Origin: a virus | Strand: one strand, 5' to 3' | Length of the DNA stretch: 64,000 nt | Virus record (IMG/VR): IMGVR_UViG_3300044971_004534 | Part shown: piece by piece, positions 16,319-25,245 of the stretch | Layout: each line of letters opens with the position of its first letter | How positions within the stretch are numbered: position 1 is the first letter of the stretch | The notes under the pieces: generated by a model | Told to the model about the DNA's origin: nothing | Seen by the model: only the letters and a program-made list of their open reading frames with translations | The model's database searches: none | Made by a program: the position numbers and the translations under genes

Positions 16319-16675
16319 GTGGAATATATATATCACATAGTTATTCCAAAAAATCAAGCAACTAGAGTAAATGATTGCTTTAGTAAACTTTGTAAAACTA
16401 AATCTAAACCTTTTATTTTAAATTTAGCAGCAAAAAGTGTTTATAAAGCCACGCATGTGGGTGCTTTTGGAATTTCTGAAGAAGAACTAAAGATATTTGA
16501 AGTTGTTCTTCAACTTGATAGTCCCGGTGTTTTTTGGTGGAAAGTATCTTCAAAAGATAGTCGCTTGGATGACTGTAATGATGCAGATTGTTTTGTGTAT
16601 TTAGGCGAAAAACTAGAATACAAGCAATTGTTTAAAAAAGCAGGCTTCATCTATTTGAATCAAGAAAATGAGTAA
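16319..16675 (+). CDS. hypothetical protein (118 aa, GTG start); sits where a small terminase would be expected
   Basis: Overlaps the terL start by 8 nt. No DNA-binding or small-terminase motif recognised, so the call rests on position only. Confidence 0.5.
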   Translation: MEYIYHIVIPKNQATRVNDCFSKLCKTKSKPFILNLAAKSVYKATHVGAFGISEEELKIFEVVLQLDSPGVFWWKVSSKDSRLDDCNDADCFVYLGEKLEYKQLFKKAGFIYLNQENE

Positions 16676-18539
16676 AGCAGGAAGACCAAAGAAAAAATCT
16701 GATCTTTTTTTTGACCTTGAAGGTCTTAAGGAAGCAGTCAAAAATGTTCCAGTGACAGCATCTGATGCTGGTCACGTTCCTAGTATTATTGAATTTATAG
16801 AGTCTGACAAGTATCTTGGTCTTCCTCATAGAAAGCCTACTTCAATTGACCTGTACCCATTTCAGCGCATCATGCTAAAAGCGTTTTATGCTGGGAGTAT
16901 AGGTAATCAAAATATTGGTCTCTCAGAAGAAGAGCTTGCTTTATGTAAAGAAAATAATTTTGAAGATGAAGACACAAGTGATATTTTTATAAAAAAAGAC
17001 AATGGTATAACAAAAAGTGAATTAGTTCTTGTATGGGGGCGCAGAAGCGGCAAAGACTTTATAGTTTCAATACTTGCTTGTTACGAGGCAGCTAAGCTTT
17101 TAGAATCTCCTGAAGGTGATCCTTACAAGCTATATAATTTAGGGTCAGGTGCTCCATTTACTATTTTGACTGTTGCAAATAGCTCTGCTCAGGCTCAAGT
17201 TCTTTTTAATGAAATAAAAGATAAGATTATCAATAGTCCATATTTCGCAGACAAAATTGTTGCTTCAGGCATTCTTGCAGACCAAATACATCTTCTAACA
17301 CCAGCTGATAAGGTAAAGAACGTTGAGCTCGCTGCTCGAGGACTTCCAACAAGTCCTGGGTCTGTTATTATCAGATGCGGTCACAGCAATTCTGACTCTC
17401 TCGCTGGTATATCTTGCTATTGTTTGCTGCTTGACGAAATTGGTTTGTACAAACAAACTGCTGGCAGTAGCGGTGGTGAAAGTATTTATAGAACGCTTGC
17501 ACCTGCAACTGCAACATATGTTCGCAAAGAAAAAAACATAGATCCTTATGGCAATGAGAAGCTTCAAGATGTGTATGATGGCAAAATAATATGCATTAGT
17601 TCTCCACGCGGTAAAGAGGGTGTGTTCTATGAGTTATATAGAAAAAGCTCTTCTGTATCTCATCGTGTTATGTGTAAATTGCCAACTTGGAAAGTAAATC
17701 CAAATCAAACAGTAGAGCTTTTGCGTGAAAAATTTGCTAACATGACTGAAGAAGAGTTTATGATGGAGTTTGGCGCAGAATTTAGCGGCACTGCTGGTCA
17801 AACATTCTTTACAAGAGATATGGTTGAAAGATCTTTTGGTAGTAGTATAAAGCTTAGGGATCATGGAGAGGGAGGCTTTAGCTATTTCTGTCATTTAGAT
17901 CCAGCAACATCTTCTCACAATTATGCATTATGTGTTTGTCACCGAGAGATGTTTATTAATCCACAAACAAATAAAACAGATTTTAAAATTAAAGTGGATC
18001 ATTTAAAATATTGGCAACCTAAAGAGGGTAAGCCAATATTAACAGAAGAAGTTGATAATTATATTATTGCATTAAGTAAAAGGTTCAATTTTGAACTTGT
18101 TACATTTGATCAGTGGAACTCTCAGCACAGTATTGATCATTTGAAAAAACATAGTGTTCCAGCAAAAATGACAAGGTTTACAAAAAGATATAAAATTATT
18201 ATATATGATAATTTATATGATTTATGTTCAGCAGGTCGTTTAGAAATCCCAGATCACGAGTTGCTAAAAAATGAAATGCTGTATTTGCAGCGAAGATATA
18301 CTCCTACTGGATATAGAGTTTTTGCTAAAAAAGACGGTCTAGTAAAGACTGATGACCTTGTGGATGCATTGGCTGGAGCTGCATACGCGTGTATGCATGA
18401 TAGTGTTGTAAGATTGCCTCAAGGAAGATTGGTTAGTTTATCAGTAAATCCAGTAGGAGAAGGAGTGGTTTTTAGGAGTATGTCGGGTGTGCCTATAGGT
18501 CATTCTCTTCAGCAACAAAAATGGAGCAAAAGGTTCTAA
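16668..18539 (+). CDS. terL: terminase large subunit
   Basis: Walker A-like VWGRRSGKDF, Walker B CYCLLLDEIGLY, and upstream Q-motif-like LYPFQ. The C-terminal RNase H-like nuclease part has FCHLDPATSSHNYALCVCH and KTDDLVDALAGAAY. At 623 aa the size is typical. Confidence 0.9.
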   Translation: MSKAGRPKKKSDLFFDLEGLKEAVKNVPVTASDAGHVPSIIEFIESDKYLGLPHRKPTSIDLYPFQRIMLKAFYAGSIGNQNIGLSEEELALCKENNFEDEDTSDIFIKKDNGITKSELVLVWGRRSGKDFIVSILACYEAAKLLESPEGDPYKLYNLGSGAPFTILTVANSSAQAQVLFNEIKDKIINSPYFADKIVASGILADQIHLLTPADKVKNVELAARGLPTSPGSVIIRCGHSNSDSLAGISCYCLLLDEIGLYKQTAGSSGGESIYRTLAPATATYVRKEKNIDPYGNEKLQDVYDGKIICISSPRGKEGVFYELYRKSSSVSHRVMCKLPTWKVNPNQTVELLREKFANMTEEEFMMEFGAEFSGTAGQTFFTRDMVERSFGSSIKLRDHGEGGFSYFCHLDPATSSHNYALCVCHREMFINPQTNKTDFKIKVDHLKYWQPKEGKPILTEEVDNYIIALSKRFNFELVTFDQWNSQHSIDHLKKHSVPAKMTRFTKRYKIIIYDNLYDLCSAGRLEIPDHELLKNEMLYLQRRYTPTGYRVFAKKDGLVKTDDLVDALAGAAYACMHDSVVRLPQGRLVSLSVNPVGEGVVFRSMSGVPIGHSLQQQKWSKRF

Positions 18540-18540
18540 A

Positions 18541-19257
18541 ATGTTTAACTTAAAAAAATGGGTCAAATCGTTGTTTGTAGAAAATTCTCAAGTAAAAACT
18601 GCAAGTCTTGCTTCAGATCTTGAGCAGCACAGAAAAGATCAGGGTACTGGAGTGTCTGAAACTCCAGAAATTGCAGAAAGCATTCTTGACAGGGTTGAGT
18701 CTTCTGATGGAGATGCAATAATTGAAAGCAAAATGAATAAAGAAAACAAGTCTGATTCTCAAACGCTAGAAGCTCAAATGGAAGACAAGCTAAAATATTC
18801 TGTTAGAAAAAATGATAACGTTAGAGATGAAGTTCCTCGTATTAACATAGCCACTGAAATGCATGATCAAGCTTATCGTGACGCATATGCAAAAGCTGAA
18901 AAAAATCTAACTAAACAAAAAGATCTGTTTGAAAAATATATAGGTAAAAAAGGTTCCAAGCAAGTTCCTGGCAATGTTGCTTCATCTGCTTCTGGTTTAC
19001 CTAATTCTCCAGATCGTTTTGTTAATTTTGATGGTGTGCCTACTGAAGACGTAAAAAAGAACCTTTCCAATATTGAAGAGTCATCTTCAGTTAAATCTAT
19101 GCACACAATTGGCGATCTAGATTCTGTTAAGAAACTGGATGCTGCAGCCTTTTATGTTGCATACAAGGCTGCATCTGCAGGCAGAGAGTTGAATGCGGAA
19201 GAAAATACTTTAATAGAATCTATTATTAGTAAAAAGAGAGAATTGCTCAATACATGA
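18541..19257 (+). CDS. hypothetical acidic protein (238 aa)
   Basis: Starts 1 nt after the terL stop. Charged and low-complexity. No motif recognised. Confidence 0.7.
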   Translation: MFNLKKWVKSLFVENSQVKTASLASDLEQHRKDQGTGVSETPEIAESILDRVESSDGDAIIESKMNKENKSDSQTLEAQMEDKLKYSVRKNDNVRDEVPRINIATEMHDQAYRDAYAKAEKNLTKQKDLFEKYIGKKGSKQVPGNVASSASGLPNSPDRFVNFDGVPTEDVKKNLSNIEESSSVKSMHTIGDLDSVKKLDAAAFYVAYKAASAGRELNAEENTLIESIISKKRELLNT

Positions 19258-19694
19258 AAAAGATTGCTAGAAGAGGAACTGGGTGGCCTGCAGCATTTGA
19301 GCATCCTCTTGATAGAAAAGATCCGTATAAGCGGTATGTTGGCCCTAACTCTGGAGAGTCTCCTAAGCTGACTAGGCTAGGAGATCAGGGTTTTCCAGAC
19401 GAGGCTCCAGATGCATCTGGTTCTATTGGAGGTGCCAGCATTTTTGACCACGAATCCCCGCACAAGCATCCATGGACTGATTTCGATCCTGATGACCCAT
19501 TCGAATCTTTTGTTGATAGAGACCAGGGTAGACTTCCATATGGAGAGAGTGGCCAGGAATTGAACTTCACGACTAATGACGGCCCATTATCCAGAACGTT
19601 TAGAATATTTACCTTAATAGCTGACGATAATAGAGATAGCAAGCCTGAACAGCTATCTGGTAATCTTGCTAAGAAAAGGATAAGTAAACTATGA
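19254..19694 (+). CDS. hypothetical protein (146 aa), Pro/Asp/Gly-rich
   Basis: ATGA overlaps at both ends. Composition looks disordered. Confidence 0.7.
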   Translation: MKKIARRGTGWPAAFEHPLDRKDPYKRYVGPNSGESPKLTRLGDQGFPDEAPDASGSIGGASIFDHESPHKHPWTDFDPDDPFESFVDRDQGRLPYGESGQELNFTTNDGPLSRTFRIFTLIADDNRDSKPEQLSGNLAKKRISKL

Positions 19695-20266
19695 GATTTA
19701 AAACAACTGAAAAAATTGCTGGAGAGATAGTCCTTGGAGGTTTAAACCTTGTTTTAAAACGTGGTGTATTTTTTGACCTCACAAAAGACAAAATTGGCCA
19801 TCATGAATTAGTATGGGCAATACATCATGGGTATGTTGAAGCTGTTGATCAAGATGCTCAAAATGCTGCTAGCGCAGAAAAGAAAGTCTATACTAATAAG
19901 TCTAGAAAGATTATAGTTTCACAATTTTTGAAGCGTCCACTCAATTCTGGAGACAGCATTGTATTGCTGAAGGATGATCCTACATGCGTTGAGCTTGACA
20001 AGCTTGTAATTAGTGGCTTGCTGGTCTGTGAAGGGGTTGCTTCTGAATCAGCTCCTGCTGCTGCTAAACCAGCTTCTTCAGAACAAGTAAAAAAATCTAC
20101 TGAAAGTAGAAAAAGTTTTAAGAAAAAGCCAGCTGCAAAAAAAGAAGATAAAAAGGATAATAGCTCAGAATCTTCAAAAATAACCTCGGATGTCCAGTCT
20201 ACTCCGCTCGTTTCAGAAAAGAAAACGATCTTTGTAGGCTCAAACAACGAGGAGCTTGATCTTTGA
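19691..20266 (+). CDS. hypothetical protein with Lys-rich tail (191 aa)
   Basis: The N-terminal ~55 aa resemble the N-termini of ORFs 39483 and 49046 (see findings). The C-terminus is KKSTESRKSFKKKPAAKKEDKKD. Confidence 0.7.
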   Translation: MRFKTTEKIAGEIVLGGLNLVLKRGVFFDLTKDKIGHHELVWAIHHGYVEAVDQDAQNAASAEKKVYTNKSRKIIVSQFLKRPLNSGDSIVLLKDDPTCVELDKLVISGLLVCEGVASESAPAAAKPASSEQVKKSTESRKSFKKKPAAKKEDKKDNSSESSKITSDVQSTPLVSEKKTIFVGSNNEELDL

Positions 20267-20401
20267 TCAAATTAAATTCTGATACATTTAAAAATAAAAT
20301 TAAAAAAGTAAAAAACAACAATAAGAAAAAGTTGTGTCGTTATTTTACTTTACTGTATCCCAAGGAGTATGCTTCTGACTTAGTTGGAAGAAAATGTAAC
20401 G

Positions 20402-21187
20402 ATGCATGAAGCAAAGCTCCAAGCAATACAGGTAGAGTTAAACTTTTATGGATATGCCATAAATGGTTCTGAAATCGCATCTTTAGAAAGTAATTATTCA
20501 GAGAACATAGATTTATTTTGTCAACGACTGACTGATATTCAAAAAGATCAATTAAAAAAATTAAAAGAAGAGTGGGAAAAGGTAGAAACTAATGTTAAAG
20601 CAATAGCTGGTGGCATATCAGTGCAGGGACTGCGTGTTTTGCAAAAATGTTTTAATTACATTAAAAGTAAAAGTCAGCATGCAGTTTTAAAAGACAGATC
20701 CTGTGTTAAACACATTAGAAAACTTTCATGCTTAGCTGCTGACCGTATGAGTCATTCTACTGCAGAACAAGCTGCCGTTGTGTTATCAAAAATTGAATTA
20801 TACGAATATAACGTCAAAAAATTAGGTTACATAAAGTATTTAATAAAATCATATTTAAAATATCAATCTGCTTCTCAAGTCAAGATCGCAACTGGTGTTG
20901 ATATCAATTCCTCCATACAAGGGCCTTATTCAAACCTAGACCTGCCAATGCAGGAAAGAGTTTTTAGATGGAGTGATGTTGATGAAGAAACGTATGCTAG
21001 ACAAGACGCAAAACAAAAGCAGCGTAGGTATCAGATGGGCTTAGAAGACAATTCTTCAAGCGATGCTAAAGTGGGGTTTTATTGGCGAGAACTAAGGAAT
21101 GAGCCTTATGCTTTTCGTTCAGGTTCTGAGGAAATGGGGTATGAAACTTCATATCCATATCGTGCAAATCTGTGGGGTAATCCATGA
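20402..21187 (+). CDS. hypothetical protein (261 aa from first ATG; the ORF track starts at TTG 20384)
   Basis: Follows the largest non-coding gap in the window (117 nt). First in-frame ATG is at 20402. Confidence 0.7.
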   Translation: MHEAKLQAIQVELNFYGYAINGSEIASLESNYSENIDLFCQRLTDIQKDQLKKLKEEWEKVETNVKAIAGGISVQGLRVLQKCFNYIKSKSQHAVLKDRSCVKHIRKLSCLAADRMSHSTAEQAAVVLSKIELYEYNVKKLGYIKYLIKSYLKYQSASQVKIATGVDINSSIQGPYSNLDLPMQERVFRWSDVDEETYARQDAKQKQRRYQMGLEDNSSSDAKVGFYWRELRNEPYAFRSGSEEMGYETSYPYRANLWGNP

Positions 21188-21585
21188 AAAAAACAAGTCA
21201 GTCTTCTCTTATTGATTTTTTAGTTAATAATAAAAGTATTAATGTTAGTAATTTAAATGCTATTAGCATATACTCAAAACAGGCAAAAAATCTCTATTCT
21301 CTTTTTGTTGCATCTGTTAATGGCGAGTCAAATATTAAAATAGCAAAGCCAATGAGTATGCACACGACCGATTTTGTAGAGTTGCAGCTTGCTGGCTTGA
21401 TTAAAGGGGATGTTAATAATGCAACAGTTACAGCAAATGGTGCTAAGCTTTTAGAAAAAATGATACTTTCAGATGACGATTGTACATTTGCACTTAAAAC
21501 TAATGTTGGTTCAAGGCAAATGGGCAAATTAAGTCAAGAGAATTTTCAAGTACCTAAAAGAGGCAACTCAATATTTAGATCATGA
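21184..21585 (+). CDS. hypothetical protein (133 aa)
   Basis: ATGA overlap with the upstream gene. Confidence 0.65.
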   Translation: MKKTSQSSLIDFLVNNKSINVSNLNAISIYSKQAKNLYSLFVASVNGESNIKIAKPMSMHTTDFVELQLAGLIKGDVNNATVTANGAKLLEKMILSDDDCTFALKTNVGSRQMGKLSQENFQVPKRGNSIFRS

Positions 21586-21791
21586 TGCATTTAAGTTACA
21601 AATATAACAGCGAGAGAGATAGGGTTTTGTGTTTAGATTTTTTGCGGCACAGTGGTTTTTGGAATGATATTGAAATAGATGTTTCTAGATCTGTAACAAA
21701 AAGACTTGTTATTTCTATAGAAGATGGCGATGTCGATGATTTTACTATAAGGGCAAAGTACAAGGGTTTTAAGTTTAATGAAATCGAGTAA
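21582..21791 (+). CDS. hypothetical protein (69 aa)
   Basis: ATGA overlap with the upstream gene. Confidence 0.55.
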   Translation: MMHLSYKYNSERDRVLCLDFLRHSGFWNDIEIDVSRSVTKRLVISIEDGDVDDFTIRAKYKGFKFNEIE

Positions 21792-22611
21792 TACTAAAAA
21801 AATCTTTGTTGAAGTTGCTAAAACGCCTGATCAAGTCAGTCGTGGGCTTATGTTTAGAAAATCTTTAGATAAAGATAGTGGGATGTTATTTGTTTTTGAT
21901 CATCCTAAGCCCTTAAGTTTTTGGGGCATGAATACTTTTATGCCTTTAGACATAGCTTTTATAGACGAGGGTGGAACTATTCGCGACATAAAAAGAATCA
22001 AAGAGCATGATTTAACGAGCGTTAAGTCGTCATGTCCATGCAAGTATGCTTTGGAGGTAGAGGACGGATGGTTTAAGTCGAATGGCTTTTCTGTAGGAGA
22101 CTATTGTGAGCCGTTGCTTAAAAAATTTGACAACGCAGTCATAGTTGTAAAAAATATTAAAACTGCACAAAAAGAAGAAAAAGAAGAAGAAAGCAATGAT
22201 GCTCCTGTTGAAGACGAGAAAGAAGTTTTAGAACAAAAGCCTAAACAAGATATTAAAAAACCATTAGTGCCTGAAAAGCAGAAGCCTGTTATTGTTGCTC
22301 CTGTTTCTGCGCCAGCTCAACAAGTTGTTTTAAATATTCCTAAGTTTGGTAGTGTTTTTGAAGCATTGCGTTGGTCTATGAGCAATAATCAGGTAATGAG
22401 AATAACATACCACACAGAAAAAGGTCATACTGTAACAAAAGACATTGAGCCTCATAGAATATTTTTTTCCAGAAATAGTAAAAGACAAGTTTTAAAAGCA
22501 TATGATGAGACCGCAGATCATCCAAGCCAATATATTATAATGAATATAGTTTCATATGGCTTTCCTGGAAGGAAGTTTCTTCCTAAATCAATATTATTAA
22601 CACGGAGATAG
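21778..22611 (+). CDS. DUF192-domain protein with charged linker and WYL-like C-terminal domain
   Basis: N-terminus VEVAKTPDQVSRGLMFRKSL..DSGMLFVFDHPKPLSFWGMNTFMPLDIAFIDEGGTI...KYALEVEDGWF...GFSVGD matches the DUF192 (COG1430) pattern well. The C-terminus MRITYHTEKGHTVTKDIEPHRIFFS...VLKAYDE...QYIIMNIVSY is tentatively WYL/Sm-like. Confidence 0.75.
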   Translation: MKSSNTKKIFVEVAKTPDQVSRGLMFRKSLDKDSGMLFVFDHPKPLSFWGMNTFMPLDIAFIDEGGTIRDIKRIKEHDLTSVKSSCPCKYALEVEDGWFKSNGFSVGDYCEPLLKKFDNAVIVVKNIKTAQKEEKEEESNDAPVEDEKEVLEQKPKQDIKKPLVPEKQKPVIVAPVSAPAQQVVLNIPKFGSVFEALRWSMSNNQVMRITYHTEKGHTVTKDIEPHRIFFSRNSKRQVLKAYDETADHPSQYIIMNIVSYGFPGRKFLPKSILLTRR

Positions 22612-23219
22612 TGTTTATGATTAATTTAATAAAAGATATTATTTTGACTGCACAAAGTTTAGACGTAAAGGGTCTTACCAAGCATGCTTCACAGCTTGAT
22701 GGTATTGCTGAATCTTTGACTATGGTTAAACAGGCTCAATATGATGGAGTTCAAGGCTATTGGATTCGCAATGGTAGATGCTTTGACAATTGCTATAGAG
22801 AAAAAAGGACTAAAGAAGCTAAGAAGAGCGCTCAGGAAATTTGGACAGAATGTCATTCTGAGTGGGTTGATTCATTGATGTCAAATAGTTCAGAATGGGA
22901 TAAGTATGCAAAAAATGACTCAAATTCTTTAATAAAAGTTGCTAAATCAGAAACTACAAATGTTTCAGACGAAGTTTTAAAAACTGAGATTCAAGAAAAA
23001 ATAGCTTCAGGCTTACAAATTTCAGACGCTGTTCCAATGACTGTTGCTGAAAGAATGTTTAGTATTCCATGGAAACTTGCTCAAGTAAGCAATGAAGTTG
23101 TTGAAATAGCTCGTGAAGTTTCGGAAACAGATCCAGCTATATCTGAAAAACTTTATGATTTTGCAGATCAAATTCGTCAAGAAAGTTTACATAATTACAG
23201 AGACTGCCTTTTATCATAA
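22611..23219 (+). CDS. hypothetical protein (GTG 22611 or ATG 22617)
   Basis: Tightly abuts the upstream stop. No motif recognised. Confidence 0.7.
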   Translation: MFMINLIKDIILTAQSLDVKGLTKHASQLDGIAESLTMVKQAQYDGVQGYWIRNGRCFDNCYREKRTKEAKKSAQEIWTECHSEWVDSLMSNSSEWDKYAKNDSNSLIKVAKSETTNVSDEVLKTEIQEKIASGLQISDAVPMTVAERMFSIPWKLAQVSNEVVEIAREVSETDPAISEKLYDFADQIRQESLHNYRDCLLS

Positions 23220-23273
23220 AGGAAAATTTATAAATACTAATTAATAAAAAGGACCATTTGGAGGAACAATTAT

Positions 23274-23984
23274 ATGCAATTCTTTTCTAACAAAATTTAC
23301 GTTAACGGATCACAAAAGTCATTTCAAGATTTGATTGATGGAGTTAAGGGTAACTCTATGACAAAGACAGCTTCTGCCGCTGAAGCACCTGTGAAGGAAG
23401 CTGGTAAAGAGGCCATGATGGAAAAGACTACTAAGGGTGATAAAATGCCAAAGGAAGTTTTAGAGCACTTTAAGGGTAAGTCTGGAGCATCAGGCAAGTC
23501 TGGAAAGTCAGGTGAGGCCAAGAAGTCAGGCACATCTGGTAAGTCTGGAGCATCAGGCAAGTCTGGTCTAACTGCAGCTCAGAAAAAGCTTCCTGCTGCA
23601 CTTCAGCAAGCTATTCTTGATAAGAAAAAGGCAGAAACTGAAGATCAGGGTCTCAAAATTGCTAGTATCGAAAAGGTCAATGACAACGAAGTTGTTTTGA
23701 CATTAGCTACTGCTCATGAAGCTGGGTGGGCTCACGCAGAGACAAAGAGTGAAGACGGCGAAGAAGTTGTGATAGATGATTCTGAAGAAAGCAAGAGCGG
23801 TAAGAGCGGTAAGAGCGGTAAGAGCGGCAAGGAGTCTTGCTGGTCTGGCAAGATGGCTTCAGAGCAGCCTAAGTTTGTAAAAATCGCTAATCTTACTGAA
23901 AAGCAAAAATCCCATTTCCGCAAGTATTGGGACAACGTTTGGCCAAAGGATTTTATTGAAGCTCTTTTGTCTGTTCAAAACTAA
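23274..23984 (+). CDS. hypothetical (S-G-K)n repeat protein (236 aa)
   Basis: Strong SD (GGAGG) 9 nt upstream. Two blocks: GKSGASGKSGKSGEAKKSGTSGKSGASGKSG and SKSGKSGKSGKSGKE. Confidence 0.8.
   Translation: MQFFSNKIYVNGSQKSFQDLIDGVKGNSMTKTASAAEAPVKEAGKEAMMEKTTKGDKMPKEVLEHFKGKSGASGKSGKSGEAKKSGTSGKSGASGKSGLTAAQKKLPAALQQAILDKKKAETEDQGLKIASIEKVNDNEVVLTLATAHEAGWAHAETKSEDGEEVVIDDSEESKSGKSGKSGKSGKESCWSGKMASEQPKFVKIANLTEKQKSHFRKYWDNVWPKDFIEALLSVQN
23793..23828. repeat. tandem 9-nt repeat (AAGAGCGGY)x4 encoding KSG repeats; also a 29-nt direct repeat 23475-23503 = 23538-23566
   Basis: Read directly from the sequence. Confidence 0.9.
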
Positions 23985-23995
23985 GGAGTTTTAAT

Positions 23996-24604
23996 ATGGC
24001 TATATTGCCTGTAGGTATTAGAAAAGAAATGCAGACGCAGATGTTCAGGACGGCGCAAGTAGCGCCTCCTGAACCTGCTTCTGCTTATATGCAAGGCAGT
24101 ACGCCAGCTCCTGCTGTTCCAGTATCTCCTGCTCCTTCTGATTCTGAGCCACAAACTCTTGATGATAAAAACATAAGAGATTTTGTAACAGATATCTTGG
24201 TAAATCGTCTTGGAGTTCCAGAGCGAACTGTTGATAAAAAACTAGAAAACCTTGTTAGCTATTCTATTTCTTCAAATGGTGATATGAATGGGTTTTTTAT
24301 TATTCCGGTTCATACTGGCCAAAAGAAGGTTTCTCTTGCAGAGGCCAAGCAGATTGTTTCAGAATTTTGTACCGCATTTAGTGTAGAATGTGAAATTGAA
24401 CACGGTAAAAATTTTAAAGTATCTTTTAAAAGTGTTCCAAAGACTGATGTTCAGGAGCCTACTGAAGAAGGTAGTTTGAAATTTGTTCCTGATGAAAAAG
24501 GAACTGTGCAAAAGAAGGTTGCTTCTAGTATTTTTGCAGAGCAATTTGAAATGAGAAAAACTATGCTAGCAGATACTTTAAAGAGATTGGGATATACAAA
24601 ATGA
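23996..24604 (+). CDS. hypothetical protein (202 aa)
   Basis: SD AAGGAG 7 nt upstream. Pro/Ala-rich N-terminus. Confidence 0.75.
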   Translation: MAILPVGIRKEMQTQMFRTAQVAPPEPASAYMQGSTPAPAVPVSPAPSDSEPQTLDDKNIRDFVTDILVNRLGVPERTVDKKLENLVSYSISSNGDMNGFFIIPVHTGQKKVSLAEAKQIVSEFCTAFSVECEIEHGKNFKVSFKSVPKTDVQEPTEEGSLKFVPDEKGTVQKKVASSIFAEQFEMRKTMLADTLKRLGYTK

Positions 24605-25245
24605 TTTTTAAAAACAAAGACGCTAGCAAATCTTCAATTTTTCAAGACACTGCTTCGCAAGAAAAAAGCACGCCTGTTGACCCAGCTGTGTTGGAAAGTT
24701 TTTTTAGAAAACAGACAAGTAAAAAAGCTTCTCAGTCTGATGGTACATTATTAAATAATAAAATTACTAGAAGTTCTTCTTCAAGTGATGCTAGCGTACC
24801 TTCTGACAATTATGTCGGGAAGTATTCTTCTAGATCTATATTTTCTCCAGAATCAGTGGCTACGGACAAGATTACTACTTTAAAGTCTCAGGCTCAATCT
24901 GAATTTTTGCCTAATTTAAAGCAAAGCGTTTCAGAAGAAATTGCAGAAGATTTGTCTAGGTTTAAAGGTAATTTTTCTCCAGCATCTAAGAACGCTGGTT
25001 CTCATGGTCATGTTCGTAAAGATCGTGTCAGTATTTTTGACAAAGATGTATTTGAGAGAATTGATGATAAAGTGCAGGTTGAAGAAAAAGTAGCTGCAGT
25101 AGAAGAAAAAAAGATATCTAAATCTTTACGCTCTACTGATATAGTTGATTCTTTATGGTCAAAAATTTCTTCTCCTCAGCCTGAAAAATCTAAGTCTTCT
25201 CGAGAAAAAGCAATAGACAAACTTTTTGGAGATAAAGATGCCTAA
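24601..25245 (+). CDS. hypothetical Ser/Lys-rich protein (214 aa)
   Basis: ATGA overlap with the upstream gene. Low-complexity sequence. Confidence 0.7.
   Translation: MIFKNKDASKSSIFQDTASQEKSTPVDPAVLESFFRKQTSKKASQSDGTLLNNKITRSSSSSDASVPSDNYVGKYSSRSIFSPESVATDKITTLKSQAQSEFLPNLKQSVSEEIAEDLSRFKGNFSPASKNAGSHGHVRKDRVSIFDKDVFERIDDKVQVEEKVAAVEEKKISKSLRSTDIVDSLWSKISSPQPEKSKSSREKAIDKLFGDKDA

Noticed and set aside
23229-23236. TATAAATA (T4-type late promoter consensus) upstream of the (SGK)n gene, with similar A/T octamers near other gene starts.
   Set aside because: At this AT content an exact TATAAATA is expected several times per strand in 64 kb by chance. I did not find it consistently upstream of the other late genes.
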